A stretch of DNA of 63,490 bases, filler included, from Saprolegnia diclina VS20 (Eukaryota), in assembly GCF_000281045.1 (NCBI RefSeq). It is 5 parts of 3 records of this genome, joined end to end, with 100 filler letters (N's around TTAATTAATTAA, not from the genome) between each part and the next. Parts side by side here need not be neighbours in the genome. Positions count along the whole stretch, not along the records: positions 42,196 to 61,907 come from NW_008246096.1; 4 more parts are not named here. The stretch is one strand, 5' to 3'. A model generated the notes under the pieces. That model saw nothing but the letters and a program-made list of their open reading frames with translations. It was not told the DNA's origin and ran no database searches. Positions within the stretch are counted from its first letter, which is position 1; every line of letters begins with the position of its first letter. Shown here piece by piece: positions 45,883 to 57,230 of the stretch. The translations under genes were made by a program, and so were the position numbers.

Positions 45883-48800
45883 ATGTCGTTCCAGTCTCTG
45901 CTCGAGTCGACGACGGTCGCCGTTGCGCCGGACGAAGCGTCGAGCAGCGACTCGCTCTACGACGGCGCGTCGAGTGGCGGCGACGCCTCCGACGACGACG
46001 ACGAGAACGAGAGCGACGGCAACGAGGCCAGTGGCGCCGAGACGGGCAAGCGGCCGCGGCAGGAAGATACCTTTGTCGAAGACGAGGACGACTCGGACCT
46101 CGAGCGCCAGGTACGACATCGACGCACCGCGGCTCGTTGCACAGTGGTGTCTAGATCTGGGGCAAGCGACGGCGCCACATCCGCGGCCTGCGCAAGCGGC
46201 GCAAGGAGAAGAACCTCGTGCCGCCCGAGTTTGCCGAGCTCATGGGCGAGGCCAACGCCGCGTACATGTCGGGCGACCTCGACCGCGCGATCGCGATGCT
46301 AAAGGACTTTATCAAGAAGGCGCCAACCGTGCCGGACCCGTACCACACGCTCGGCTTGATCTACGAGAAGCAAGGCGACGTCCAAAAAGCCATTCAATTC
46401 TACCTCATCGCGTGCACGCTCACGTCATCGGTCTGCTCCTTCGATCCATATATTAGCTATACTGCGGACGCTAGGACGCTGCGCTCTGGCGACGTGTGGG
46501 CGAAATGGCCAAGGAGATTGGGAATCCCGACCAGGCGACCTACTGCTTCAAGATGTATCGTTGCTGGCAGCGATGGCGTTATGCTTGACAAATGCCTGTG
46601 TTTAGGGCCTGCCACGCCGACCCGAAGGACGTGGCCACCTTGTATGCGTACGCCGAGGTGTGCAAGGAGCAGGGCGACAACCGGCGCGCGGCCGAGACGC
46701 TCAAGAAGATTGCGTTGCTGGTAGAAAACGACCACAGATGTGATTTCACATTTTCCGTCTGTAGACCCCGGACGACCTCGCGATCTGGCTCCAAGTGGCC
46801 GAGTGTTTTCACTCGAACGGGCAAAAGGTCGAGGCCATCGACGCGCTCCAACTGTGTATTCAGCGCTCCGCCCACAACGACGAAGCAGTCCAATTTGGTA
46901 CACATTTTGCACTTTTTCAAAACGTCAAACCTGCAAAATATCGAAATTGATGGATAGAGCTCCACGCGGTCAACATGCTCTCGGACCTCTACATCACGCT
47001 CAAGCAGTACCCGGACGCCGTGGCGCTCATCGAAGCCATGTTTGATCGCAAGAAAACGGCCGACGACGATGAAATTCAAGATACGCTGCCCCTCGACATT
47101 GTCGTCAAGTACGGCATTTGCCAGCTCTTCCTCGGCGACCTCGAACTCGGCGACACCATGTTCCAAATCCTGTACGCCGTAGCCGCATTTGTCTTCTTGT
47201 GACCTAATTTTTGCTGGGGGTAGGTATGCACAGGACCTTGCGACGTTTGGGGACCTGCATATTGACGTTGCCGAAGCGTACGCGATTGTGAGCGGCCACG
47301 ACGCGACCGTCATCTCGATCCTCGAGAAGCTCCTTGGTGTCCCAAGCCTCTGCACCGACGTACGCCCATTTCTCATTTTTTGCCATTTTGTCATGTTTCT
47401 TGGCCGCTAGAAACTGTACATGCTCTTGGGTCAAGCCTACGAGCGGCAAGGTGCGGCCGACGTGGCGTTGGGCCATTTTGAAAAGGCGCTCGCGGCCCAA
47501 GCGCAGTTTACCGCTGTGGACCCCCACGTATGTGTTGACGGCGACGCAAAGTTGCATCTTTTCTGGTCTAGGTCGCGTGGAGTGCGCTCGCGCTTTGCTT
47601 GCAGCTCACGCAGATTGTGCGCGGCCTCGACCTCTTTGAATTGTACGTCTCGAACGCCGTGCTGCTTCCGCCGATCCGGCCGCACTGGGTCAACTCGCGG
47701 GCGTCGTCGGCCATGACCAAGCGCGACGACCCGCCGACCGAAGACGGCGCCGACGCCGAGATGGGCGACGAGGACATGGACGACGACGACGAGGATGACG
47801 ACGACGACATGGACGACGACGAAGACGACGACGGCGAAGAGAACGACTCGATGTCGGGCTGGAGCGACCCGGCGTTCTCCGTGGACGCCATGGAGAACGG
47901 CATTCGTCTCAAATTGCTGCTGGTGTATGGTCGTCTCCACCGCGCCAACGGTATTGCTTGGTTCGATGCGGCATGACGCAGGAAACATTCGCCGTAGGCA
48001 ACCCCGACATGCTCTGCAAGGTCGGCATTCCCGTCATCATGCTGTCGCTGCAACAGTCCAAGCGCTTGATTGGCACGCGCCGTCTCATGCGCAAGATGCA
48101 GGTACGATATGATGATGCTTTTCTGTCGATGTATCGTGATATTGCTAGCGGTACTATGACGACAAGTCCAACCAAGGCGGCGGCGACTCGTCAAATGCGC
48201 CCATCAACGACATGCAAGCCAACGTCTGGCTCACGATGCGGGCGACGTACGTTGTCAACCCCGACGACCCGATCGCCCGGGACACGCTCATTGGCATCGT
48301 CCTGCGCGTCGCCCAGCAAATTCTTGTGCTCAAAGCGCTCTCGAAAGCCGAGCACTACGAGCTCATCACGGACGTCGGCCATGCGCTGACAGAGATTGGG
48401 CAACCCGCGTGCGCGATCGAGCTCCTCACCGAAGTCAACTGCAGCGACAAGGTCTCGGACCCGGCGTTGCGGTAGGACATTTTGTCTATCCTCGCGTCTC
48501 GGTGCCATATGTGCGAGTAGGTTCAATCTGCGCTTCCAAGCGCTCACGACAGCGCTCGCGTTCAACGAGAACCGCATGGCGTACGAGTGCGCGCGCCTCA
48601 ACGTCGTGGAAGACCCGCTCGACGTTGGCTACTGGAGTCTCTTTGGCCACGTCATTTCGCACACGGGTGTCTTTTCCTGGCACCAGAAGTTCCTCGTACG
48701 GTCTTATTGTGCCAGTGACGGAAGATTCACCGAGTCGATAGGCCAAGATCCTTCGCGACCACCCCAAGTGCGTGCCGGCCATGATCATGGCCGGCCATCG

Positions 48801-49373
48801 GTCGTCGGCCTACGACTTTTCGTCGCTGGCGGTGGGCGAGCTCACCCTCGCGCACCTCGAGCTCCCGGACGACCCGCTCGTGCTGCTCTGCATCGGCCTC
48901 GCGTACCTCAACTCGTCCATGCAGCGCACGGTGCAGGACCGGCAGCAGTCGGTGGTCAAAGCCTTTGCGTTCTTCCAGACGTACCACGGGAAGCGCGTCA
49001 AGCAACAAGAGCGATTGCTAGCGCACGGCGGTTTTGGCGTCGACGTTGCCCACGTTGAGGGCTGGTACAACACGGCCCGCGCCTACCACCAGCTCGTACG
49101 TCACATGCGCAGTCTCCCTGTGATCCATGGGTCCATTAGGATCTCAATCATTTGGCGATCGCCATGTACGAGCGTGTGCTGCGCTTCCACGACAAACATC
49201 CCGAGATGCGCGCCGAGTACCGTCTCTGCCGCGAGGCCGCGTACAACTTGTCTCTGGTCTACAAGAAGAGGTACAAGGACAACTGTATCCTTGCTATATG
49301 TGCTGAGCGACAAACTAGCGGCGCTACGGACCTCGCCCAGTACCTCCTCCACAAGTACTTGGTCATGGACTAA
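45883..49373 (+). CDS. GTF3C3: Transcription factor IIIC TPR subunit (Tfc4/GTF3C3), many short introns
   Basis: Acidic N terminus, then LMGEANAAYMSGD...PDPYHTLGLIYE. C terminus reads YNTARAYHQL...HLAIAMYERVL...REAAYNLSLVY...SG...LA...L. Confidence 0.85.
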
Positions 49374-49427
49374 GTGTATAATGACTTTGCACGAGAAGCA
49401 CATCCGAGGTTGTTACAGCAAAAGATC

Positions 49428-52243
49428 CTAGTACGACTGGTAGGGACGCCAGAGGCCCAAGACAAAGGCCAATGGCAAGTCTCGCTGGACGACGAGCCAA
49501 TGCGAGGTGCACGCTTCATCGATCCTTGTCGCCCGAAGGACGTGGTAGAACGACGGCTTGTCCCGCGTGCTCGAGACCGCCGACGGTTCATACACGCGCA
49601 CGAGGACGTGGGCGCCAGTGCAGAGTCTATGTGCAATGGGGGGTCCGTGTCGGCGCAACAGGGGCAGTAGTCGACCGAGCGCAGCCTCGACCAGCGAGTC
49701 GCCTTGCGTCACTACCTCGATGCGCAGCGGCAGCTGCGGGACGCCGAGCAGAGCCATCTCCGTCTCCGAAAGAGAGACTATCACAATGGTCGTTGGAAGC
49801 ACCGTGTTGGTCATTGCCACATTGCGAGCGAGTGTTGCTGGCGCCAGCGTTAGCGTCTGTGTCGATGGGGGCAGGTCCAGGGCCATCGGAAGCAGTTGCG
49901 CCAGGACCGGGCGCAGCGGTGGAGGAAGCCCCGTCTCGAGGCGGGTCAACGGGTGTGGATAGGGGTGGAGAGCCAGCGCGCATTGGATCACGGGGCGGAG
50001 CGCGTGCACGTCAAAGGTCGCTTGGACAATGTTGTCTGTAAACGAGTCGTAGAGCGACACTTCTAAGAGGACGCTGGCGTCCCAGAGTTCGCGGAGTGTG
50101 AGATAGTACAGTGTGCCTCGCAACGTAAGGAGTGTCCGCAGCACGAGCGGCCGGTCCGCTGCAGAAGGTACCTTGGGAGCATGGGGTCGTGACGTCGTTG
50201 TCGTCATCGCCGGCTCGTTCGTTGCTGGGATGCCATCGTCGACAAGTGGCGTCGCGCTTGTTAGCGTCGAGAGCAAGGCGCCATGCCCGTCGAGCGTCGG
50301 CGCCAAGACGAGCGTCTTGAAGAGCGGCGATAAGATGAGCGCGTTGGCATCGATGCGATGGCCGAGCCGCCACTGCTGAGCGTCGTTTGGCTTGTAGCTC
50401 ACAAGACTCGGGCAGACACGAAGGACGTGCTCCATCGCGATGCTGCAGACATACTCGCGCTCGTCCTCGACCGAGCTCGCACAGATTTGAAGCGACCACA
50501 CGTCGGTAAACGCGCTAGCACACACTTCATTGACAACAAGTGTCAAGGGCGTGCCTTGCAGATGGAGCGAGCCGCGGTAGATCGGCGTCGTTCTCACTGG
50601 CATTGCAGCTGCAGACGCCTCGGCGGTGCCCCGTTCGACGAGCACAAAGGAACCGTTCTTGAAGCCGACAGCGAGCGTGCGAAATAGGCGGTCCACGAGC
50701 TCTGCGATGAGCGATGGCTCCGAGGGCTGCAAGAGGTACTTGTCGCCATCGACAACAAGCCGCGAAATGTCGGACGCGAAGAAGGTGAGGACGTCTTCTT
50801 GCGCAGTCTTTGGCTCGTACGCAACAAAGTGCAGCGCCAACCCCTGCGTGATGCGCTCTCGCACGACGTGGAAGAAGAGCGAGTGGCCGTCGACAACAAA
50901 CGAGCCGTTGAAAACCACATCGGGGGTTCCGTGGGCGTGTTCGAGCAGCCTGGGAATGGCGGGGTCGACCTGATGCAGCGTTGATCCTGAGGTGAGCGCC
51001 ATGCTACACAGACTATTGGTATTATGTCGAAGTACCGGGTCCGCACCTTGTGGACACGAGACCTCGCTTGGCGTACTCGTCCAGCGTAGCTTGTTTTTGC
51101 ATAGCCTCGCGCTTCCACGTAATGGCCTCGAGTTCCATTTCTTGCAGCATGCCCTAGCGTAATAGCGTGAAGAGAGGTCTGGAGAACATAATCAAGTACC
51201 TCAACGGACTGGAGCTTGGCCGACGTCGCATCGAGCTTGGCCTGAAGGGTTTCCTTGCCCATGGCGGAAACGAGCCCTTTGACTTTGGTGTTGATGACTT
51301 TGCGCCGGTGGTCCGAGATGGCTTGGCGCGACATGCTCGTCAGCTGCTCGATCATCACGTCCCGTTCCATGCGCTCTGATTGCAGCTCGAGGTCGACCTT
51401 TGTGAGCTTTGTGACCGCCACCTTGAGCGCTGCCTCGAGCTCAAACACTTTTTGGCCCAGCATCTTGTTGGCCGCGCGCTCGAGGTCCAGTTTTGCCACG
51501 AGCGTATCGATGAGTGCCTTGTCGTTCGTGCGCCCCGAGTCCAACTTGAGTCGCATTGCTTGGATCTCGTCTTTGGCTTCGAGCAAGTGACGCTCGAGCT
51601 TGAGCACGCGGTCGCGCGCGACCGGCAAATGCACGTCCGTCGGCTTTTCGGGCGACGGCGCCGGTGCATCGTTCGCTTGGCTTCCGTCGCCCTCATTGCC
51701 AGCGACTGTTGTCGTCGTCTGTCCACTCTGCAAGTCGGTCTCGAGCTGTTTGATGCGCGCCCGAAGCACGCGCATCTCGCTGTACTTGGCCTGCATCTTG
51801 TCGTGGTACAAGTGCCGGTTGTGCTGGCGCGTGACCCGCGGCGACATGCGCTTGCTCTCCTCTTGTTTGAGTAGCTCGAAATACAGATCACTCGCAAGGA
51901 GCGGCCGTGGACTCTCGCTCGTCGTCTCGGCGCGCATCGCAGTATCTAGTACATCACCTGCCTCGGGGCCTGACGAGCGTGGCCGGCTTTGGTTGGACGT
52001 GTCGCTGCTCCGAGGCCGCTGCGCATCCCCTTCGCCGCGGCTCGCGGGCTTGGGCATCTCGTACTCGAGCGCGGGCTTGAGCGGCGGTCGCTGCGGTACG
52101 ATTTTCTGTTTGGCCCGCAGGACAGGTCGCAACAGCGGGTGAAGTCCGGCGCCACTACCGTCGTCGGTGCCCAGGCTTGGCGGACGAGCTGGCGACACGG
52201 CGCTGCGCAGCGCATGGGACTTGGTTCGAGGCGACGCCGACAT
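49428..52243 (-). CDS. Hypothetical protein with N-terminal coiled coil (multi-exon)
   Basis: Long codon-biased ORF segments (heptad-rich at about 51200-51850, then a 524-aa segment) linked by candidate GT-AG introns near 51000-51200. Confidence 0.65.
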
Positions 52244-53476
52244 GACCGCAAAACGTTTCCTGCCTTTCTGGTCGGTTGCACACGAAACCGCAGCACGCAT
52301 TGTTGCGCGCGTCGACACGCTATCGCTCGCATTCAGGCGTACGTAGAAGGCGACCGGCCGCCGAACTGATATTCCTCGACCAACGCCAGCACTTGCAGCG
52401 CAAATCCAAAGTGATCCGCGCCATTCTGAATACGAAAACGCGACACAAGCGAATGATTGATTCATGCCTATTTTCTGTGCAAAATCAGGGCAGGTGCCGA
52501 CTTGCACCGAAGTCGAAACCAAGGTATTGGACGGCTACGTGTCCTTAGTTAGCAGCGACGTAGTGACTGCAGCAAGTGCGCGGCAGCACGCAGCATGTCT
52601 TCGTCCGTCAAACACGTTCCTACAGATCCTTGTGAACGGCAACACTGCATGCCGAGCGCGCAACCTCGTGCACGTGGCGTCTCTGCGAGTACCGCAACTT
52701 GCTCCGACTCGATTATGCGCTTTGCCGTGTCGACTTGAGCGTCGTCGTCAGGAAACGTGGGGCAGGTAGCATCGTTAGAGACTTGGGGTGCGCCACAGTA
52801 TTGCTCTGAAGGTTTGATTTTTCGTATGACGTCCAATGGGACAGTACCTACCTCTGACAACACGGGCGTCGCGCGTGCAGTTGGAGGACTCCTCAAGCGT
52901 CTTCGTCATTGCTGGTAAGTGATTCGGCTGTGTCAGTGACATTCGGGCCGTCGTCGATGACGGCAACGACAACGACGTGAGGACAAAGGTGTCTGCTACT
53001 GGTGTATGTAAAGACTCTGAGGGGTGTCAATGAGGCGCTACTTGCTCTTCCCGAAGACGCCTCGCCTTCTGCACGCATCTTTTGCAGTAGGGTACGTTGT
53101 GCAAGATTTGGCGCATTGCCTTGGGCGGCGTTTTCCAGCATCGCTTTCCTACGGCGCTGACATAGTTGCATCGACCGGTGGGCATGATCCAAGAATCTCT
53201 TCTGAGCGCTTCAACGACGCCAACTGACTGCCCAATTTCTGAAACATGTACCTGATATATACTATATTCCATTCAAGTCAAAAGAACGTGTATGCGTGAC
53301 GACTTCACAAGATTGTTGATGTTCTACCTCATTTTGCGTCAAATGGGGTGGCATTGTAGTGTTATCGACAGCTGAATCCAGGGTGCATCGGAAGGGACTA
53401 TCCGTGCCAGCGCACAATGAGTATCACGGCGACGGCGCAGCTCCAAACATCGCTGGGGCACCATGGTGACGTATAT

Positions 53477-53914
53477 TTTATCCGGATGTTCTTATCCGGA
53501 TAAAATGGGCACCGCGCCGCTGCGCGGCAGCATGAAGCCGACCTTGAACGTTTTTTGAAAGGTCGCGTGTTTCATTCTATGTACATAGTACATGACGCAG
53601 GGAGCCCGAAAACCAAAAAATGGTGCTCGTAGCGCACCTACAGCTTGAGCTATGCGTCATTCAAGTTTGCAAAAGCTGATACTAAATCTAGTATCAATGT
53701 ATCGGTGTATCAGTCCGCCACCACACTACAATAGCAACTAACTCGAGCTGTAGGCACGCTACGAGTACCATTCTTTGGTTTTTACGCTCCCTGCGTCATG
53801 TACTATGCACATAGCACGAAACACGCGCCCTTTCAAAAAACGTCCAAGGTCGTCAACATGCTGCCGCGCAGCGGCGCGGTGCCCATTTCATCCGGATAAG
53901 AGTATCCGGATAAA
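53477..53914. mobile_element. Foldback element: 176-bp inverted arms with 86-bp spacer (MITE/MULE-like or hairpin-RNA locus)
   Basis: 53477-53652 aligns without gaps to the reverse complement of 53739-53914, with about 20 mismatches counted by eye. No convincing ORF and no target-site duplication identified. Confidence 0.6.
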
Positions 53915-54075
53915 TCCCCGGGACCATTGCGCCCTGCCAGCACAGCCGAGTTGCCGAGGACAACGGCAAAGGTGGCAGCAGAAGTGGACATGCTACGTGC
54001 ACGAGGCAAGTGCTCGATCAAAGTACATTGGCTGCTCTTATGCAAGTCTAGTAGAGCGTATATGACCTTGTCCAC

Positions 54076-56160
54076 TTAGCTCGACCAGAGCTCTTGAATG
54101 TACGCCTGGTTGTGCTGGAGGTCATGCACAAACGCTGCCGCCGCGTCCGCCGAGAGGCCGCCGTGCTTCTGCACGACGCTGACAATCGCCTTGTGCACGT
54201 CCGCGCCCATGACCGTCGCGCCGCAGACGTACACGTGGGCACCGTTGCGGAGGAGCTCGTACACGTACGCGCCTTGGGTCGCAATCAAGTGCTGGACGTA
54301 GACCTTGGTCGCCGTGTCGCGCGAGAAGGCGCAGTGCAGCTGCGTGAGCGTGCCGCTTGATTGAAACGCAGCGAGCTCATCAGCATACAAGTAGTCTTCC
54401 GACTGCCGGCGGCAGCCGAAAAAAAGCACCGACGGGCCCACATTGGCGCCTGCGACGCGCTGCGCGTCACGCTCCTGGAGAAAGGCGCGCATGGGCGCGA
54501 TACCAGTGCCAGGGCCAACCATGAGAATCGGCGTCGACGGGTCCGAGGGGAGCTTGAACGTCGACTTGCGCACCGTGACGCGCGCCGTGGGCCACGACCG
54601 CACCTGCTTCTTGCCCTGCTCGCCGTACGGGTTCGGACGCTTTGTCTTCTCCTGCGCGCTGTTGGGCAGCGCCATGTTGGCGAGGTGGTTGGAGCACACG
54701 CCGCGGAAGCGGCGGCCGTCGGCCAAGTCCGATTCGATCACGCCGAGCGTCACATGAATGCGGCTCGGGTGGACCGTCGAGGACGACGAGATCGTGTAGT
54801 AGCGGGGCTGGAGCGACGGGAGGACGTGAATGAGGGCTGTGAGCGGCATCGCGATCGATGGGAACGCCTCGAGGACGTCGGCGACGTTGCGGCAGCCGTC
54901 GACAATGAACGCATGGTACGCGTCCTTGCCTTCGGGCGACGCGAGATGCAAGAGCTTCTCCTGCTCGGCCGCGTCGGTCGCAAAGTGCGCAAGGTGCGCC
55001 AGTGCGCCCTTGCGCGGCGCACCGTTCAAGTCGACGTAGCGCGACAAAATGTCGTCGACGGTCGCGGGCGTCGGGAACGGGTGCTTGGCCGTCTTGGTCG
55101 CATCGGTCGGGGTCAGCGCAATCCATTGGCTGAGCGTAAACTTGAGCGACGACGCGACGCGCGTCACGATCGAGAGGTCGTTTTCCGGGAGGATCGCGAG
55201 GTTGTCGGCGGTCACATACGTCAGCGGCGTGTTCTTGAGGTCGAATTCGAGGTGCAACGTCGAGCCGCTCGCTGTCGACTGGCGCAGTTCGCGCGTCTCG
55301 ACGAGCTTGACCTCTGTGTTGTGGAAGAAATGCTTGTTGGAATTTTGGATCTCGTCGTCCTGGAAGACACGGGCCTTCGCGGGTTCGCCGACGACCTTGC
55401 ATTCGAACGCAACGTGCGGCGGCTTGGTCTTGATCGACGAGGCCGGCGCCGGCTCGTCATCGTCGCTGCCGACCTTGTCGGCCTTGCGGAGCGTCTTCCA
55501 GAGGTCGGCGCGCCACGCGTCGAAATCTTCTTCGAGCGAGTCGTCGTCGTCGCCTTCGCCATGCGGGTACACGCGCACCGCGCCGTGCTTCTCCATGAGT
55601 GTGTTGATCGCGCGGCCGACCGCGTTGTACTGCTCGTACTGCTTGTTGCCAAGGCCAAAGACCGTAAACTTGACGTTGCCAAGGTGGCCCTTGGGAATCG
55701 CATTGTCGTCGTCGCGGAGGTACTTCATAAAGTCGATCGCGTTGTCCGTCGGATCGCCCTCGCCGTACGTTGCGACAACAAAGATTGCATGCGCCACGCT
55801 GTGGAGCGTCGTCGGGTCAAAGTCCTCCATGTCAATGGCCTCGACCGCAAAGTGGCCCTGTTCGTTGCCCGTGTCAGCGAGCGTACGCGCAAAGCTCTGT
55901 GCCGTGCCGGTCTGCGAGCCAAAGAAGACGAGGGCGCGGCCACCGGGCGCTGCGCTCGACGTGGTCGCGGCCACGGCCGTCGACGTGGAAGCGGCGGAAC
56001 TGCTTGACGACGCGAGCGCCGCCCGGCGCTTCTCCTCTTGCATCGCCTTGTAGCGCGCCTCAAAGGCCTTGTCAGCCTCGGACGCGCTCGACTTGAAGAA
56101 GTAGATGGCCGAGATCGCGATCACGAGCACCGACCCGAGGTAGACAATGGCGTCGCTCAT
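54076..56160 (-). CDS. NADPH-cytochrome P450 reductase
   Basis: N-terminal anchor, FFGSQTGTA, ATYGEGDPTDNA, FGLGN, PRYYTISSS, MVGPGTGIAPMR, FFGCR, YVCG and C-terminal ELWSS. Confidence 0.95.
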   Translation of the reverse strand: MSDAIVYLGSVLVIAISAIYFFKSSASEADKAFEARYKAMQEEKRRAALASSSSSAASTSTAVAATTSSAAPGGRALVFFGSQTGTAQSFARTLADTGNEQGHFAVEAIDMEDFDPTTLHSVAHAIFVVATYGEGDPTDNAIDFMKYLRDDDNAIPKGHLGNVKFTVFGLGNKQYEQYNAVGRAINTLMEKHGAVRVYPHGEGDDDDSLEEDFDAWRADLWKTLRKADKVGSDDDEPAPASSIKTKPPHVAFECKVVGEPAKARVFQDDEIQNSNKHFFHNTEVKLVETRELRQSTASGSTLHLEFDLKNTPLTYVTADNLAILPENDLSIVTRVASSLKFTLSQWIALTPTDATKTAKHPFPTPATVDDILSRYVDLNGAPRKGALAHLAHFATDAAEQEKLLHLASPEGKDAYHAFIVDGCRNVADVLEAFPSIAMPLTALIHVLPSLQPRYYTISSSSTVHPSRIHVTLGVIESDLADGRRFRGVCSNHLANMALPNSAQEKTKRPNPYGEQGKKQVRSWPTARVTVRKSTFKLPSDPSTPILMVGPGTGIAPMRAFLQERDAQRVAGANVGPSVLFFGCRRQSEDYLYADELAAFQSSGTLTQLHCAFSRDTATKVYVQHLIATQGAYVYELLRNGAHVYVCGATVMGADVHKAIVSVVQKHGGLSADAAAAFVHDLQHNQAYIQELWSS

Positions 56161-57230
56161 GCTGCGCTCCTGGTCGTCGTCCGTCGATGGCTTTTGCACA
56201 CTGAGCGGCGTGTGCCTGGCCCATGGGGCCTGCCTTTTTGACCAATCAGAATGGACGCCACCCTGTCACACACAACGTCTTTTATTGTGACTTGCATACA
56301 ATGCCCAAGTACATGTGGTATAAAAATGCGATGCCGCCTGTCCGCTTCGTAAAGGTGGCATATGCCACATTGGAACCGCGAGAAAAGTGCCACGAGCACA
56401 AAAGACGACACGGAAGATCTTGCGATATGAAGTAGCGCAGACGCTGCGAAAGGAAAGCAAGCCAACTCGCTCGTTGCGGGTAGATTCCGCACTTGAATTG
56501 GCTCACAGCGAGAAAAATGGTGGAGACTTGACACCAGAGAGGGACCGGTTCGTTGGTGGCCAGCGGAATGTAAACGTCAAGCAATAAGCGTGGATTTGAG
56601 TATTTCCTATCGAGGTATGTAATACTAGATAGAAATAGCAGATTGGTGTGTGGCACAGAGCAAGCACTGTAAAAGCTTCCAGAGGGTCACGCGCGCGCAT
56701 TGAGTGGGATCGGTCGCTCGTGCACCGCTTGCCACGTCACCGAGCAGCTCGTCTATTTTCGGCATATTAAAAGTGGCAGATTGCCCACAAAGCTTGGATG
56801 ACGCCGTGGATGACAAGAGCGCGATGCGATGACCAATCCGTCCGGCAGCATCAGCATCCCGTTGGCGTCTTGCCTCCTTCTCTGTAAAAGAAGGAATACA
56901 TAGGCCAGCAATTATGTCCCACGTCCCCAGCCACTGTCGACACGTTACATTCGATCGATCAATCGGCCGCGCCCCTGAACCCGCTTGGTGCGCGTCAATC
57001 GCGATAATCGTAGATCTGAGTGCTATGAATGACAGCCTGTTGCCCGCCCCACGCAAGCAATATGTTGGACCAAGCAACCGTCTTGGTGATAGCAGCATCG
57101 TCACCAAGGCTGTCAGCCCGAGTATAGATCGCTCGTCTGATGTGGCGGCTTGAGATCCCACATGGTGACAAATGTATTTTGTGGTATTCATGATAAACTT
57201 TGATACCGACGAAGCCATCGAGACAGCGGT

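Noticed and set aside
52460..53272. Short Cys-containing ORFs upstream of the foldback (possible cognate transposase remnant)
   Set aside because: Fragmentary, with no DDE or other recognisable motif. A translated search would be needed.
56625..57218. 197-aa minus-strand ORF just after POP1
   Set aside because: POP1 already ends at 57231. This ORF lacks the local codon bias and any motif.
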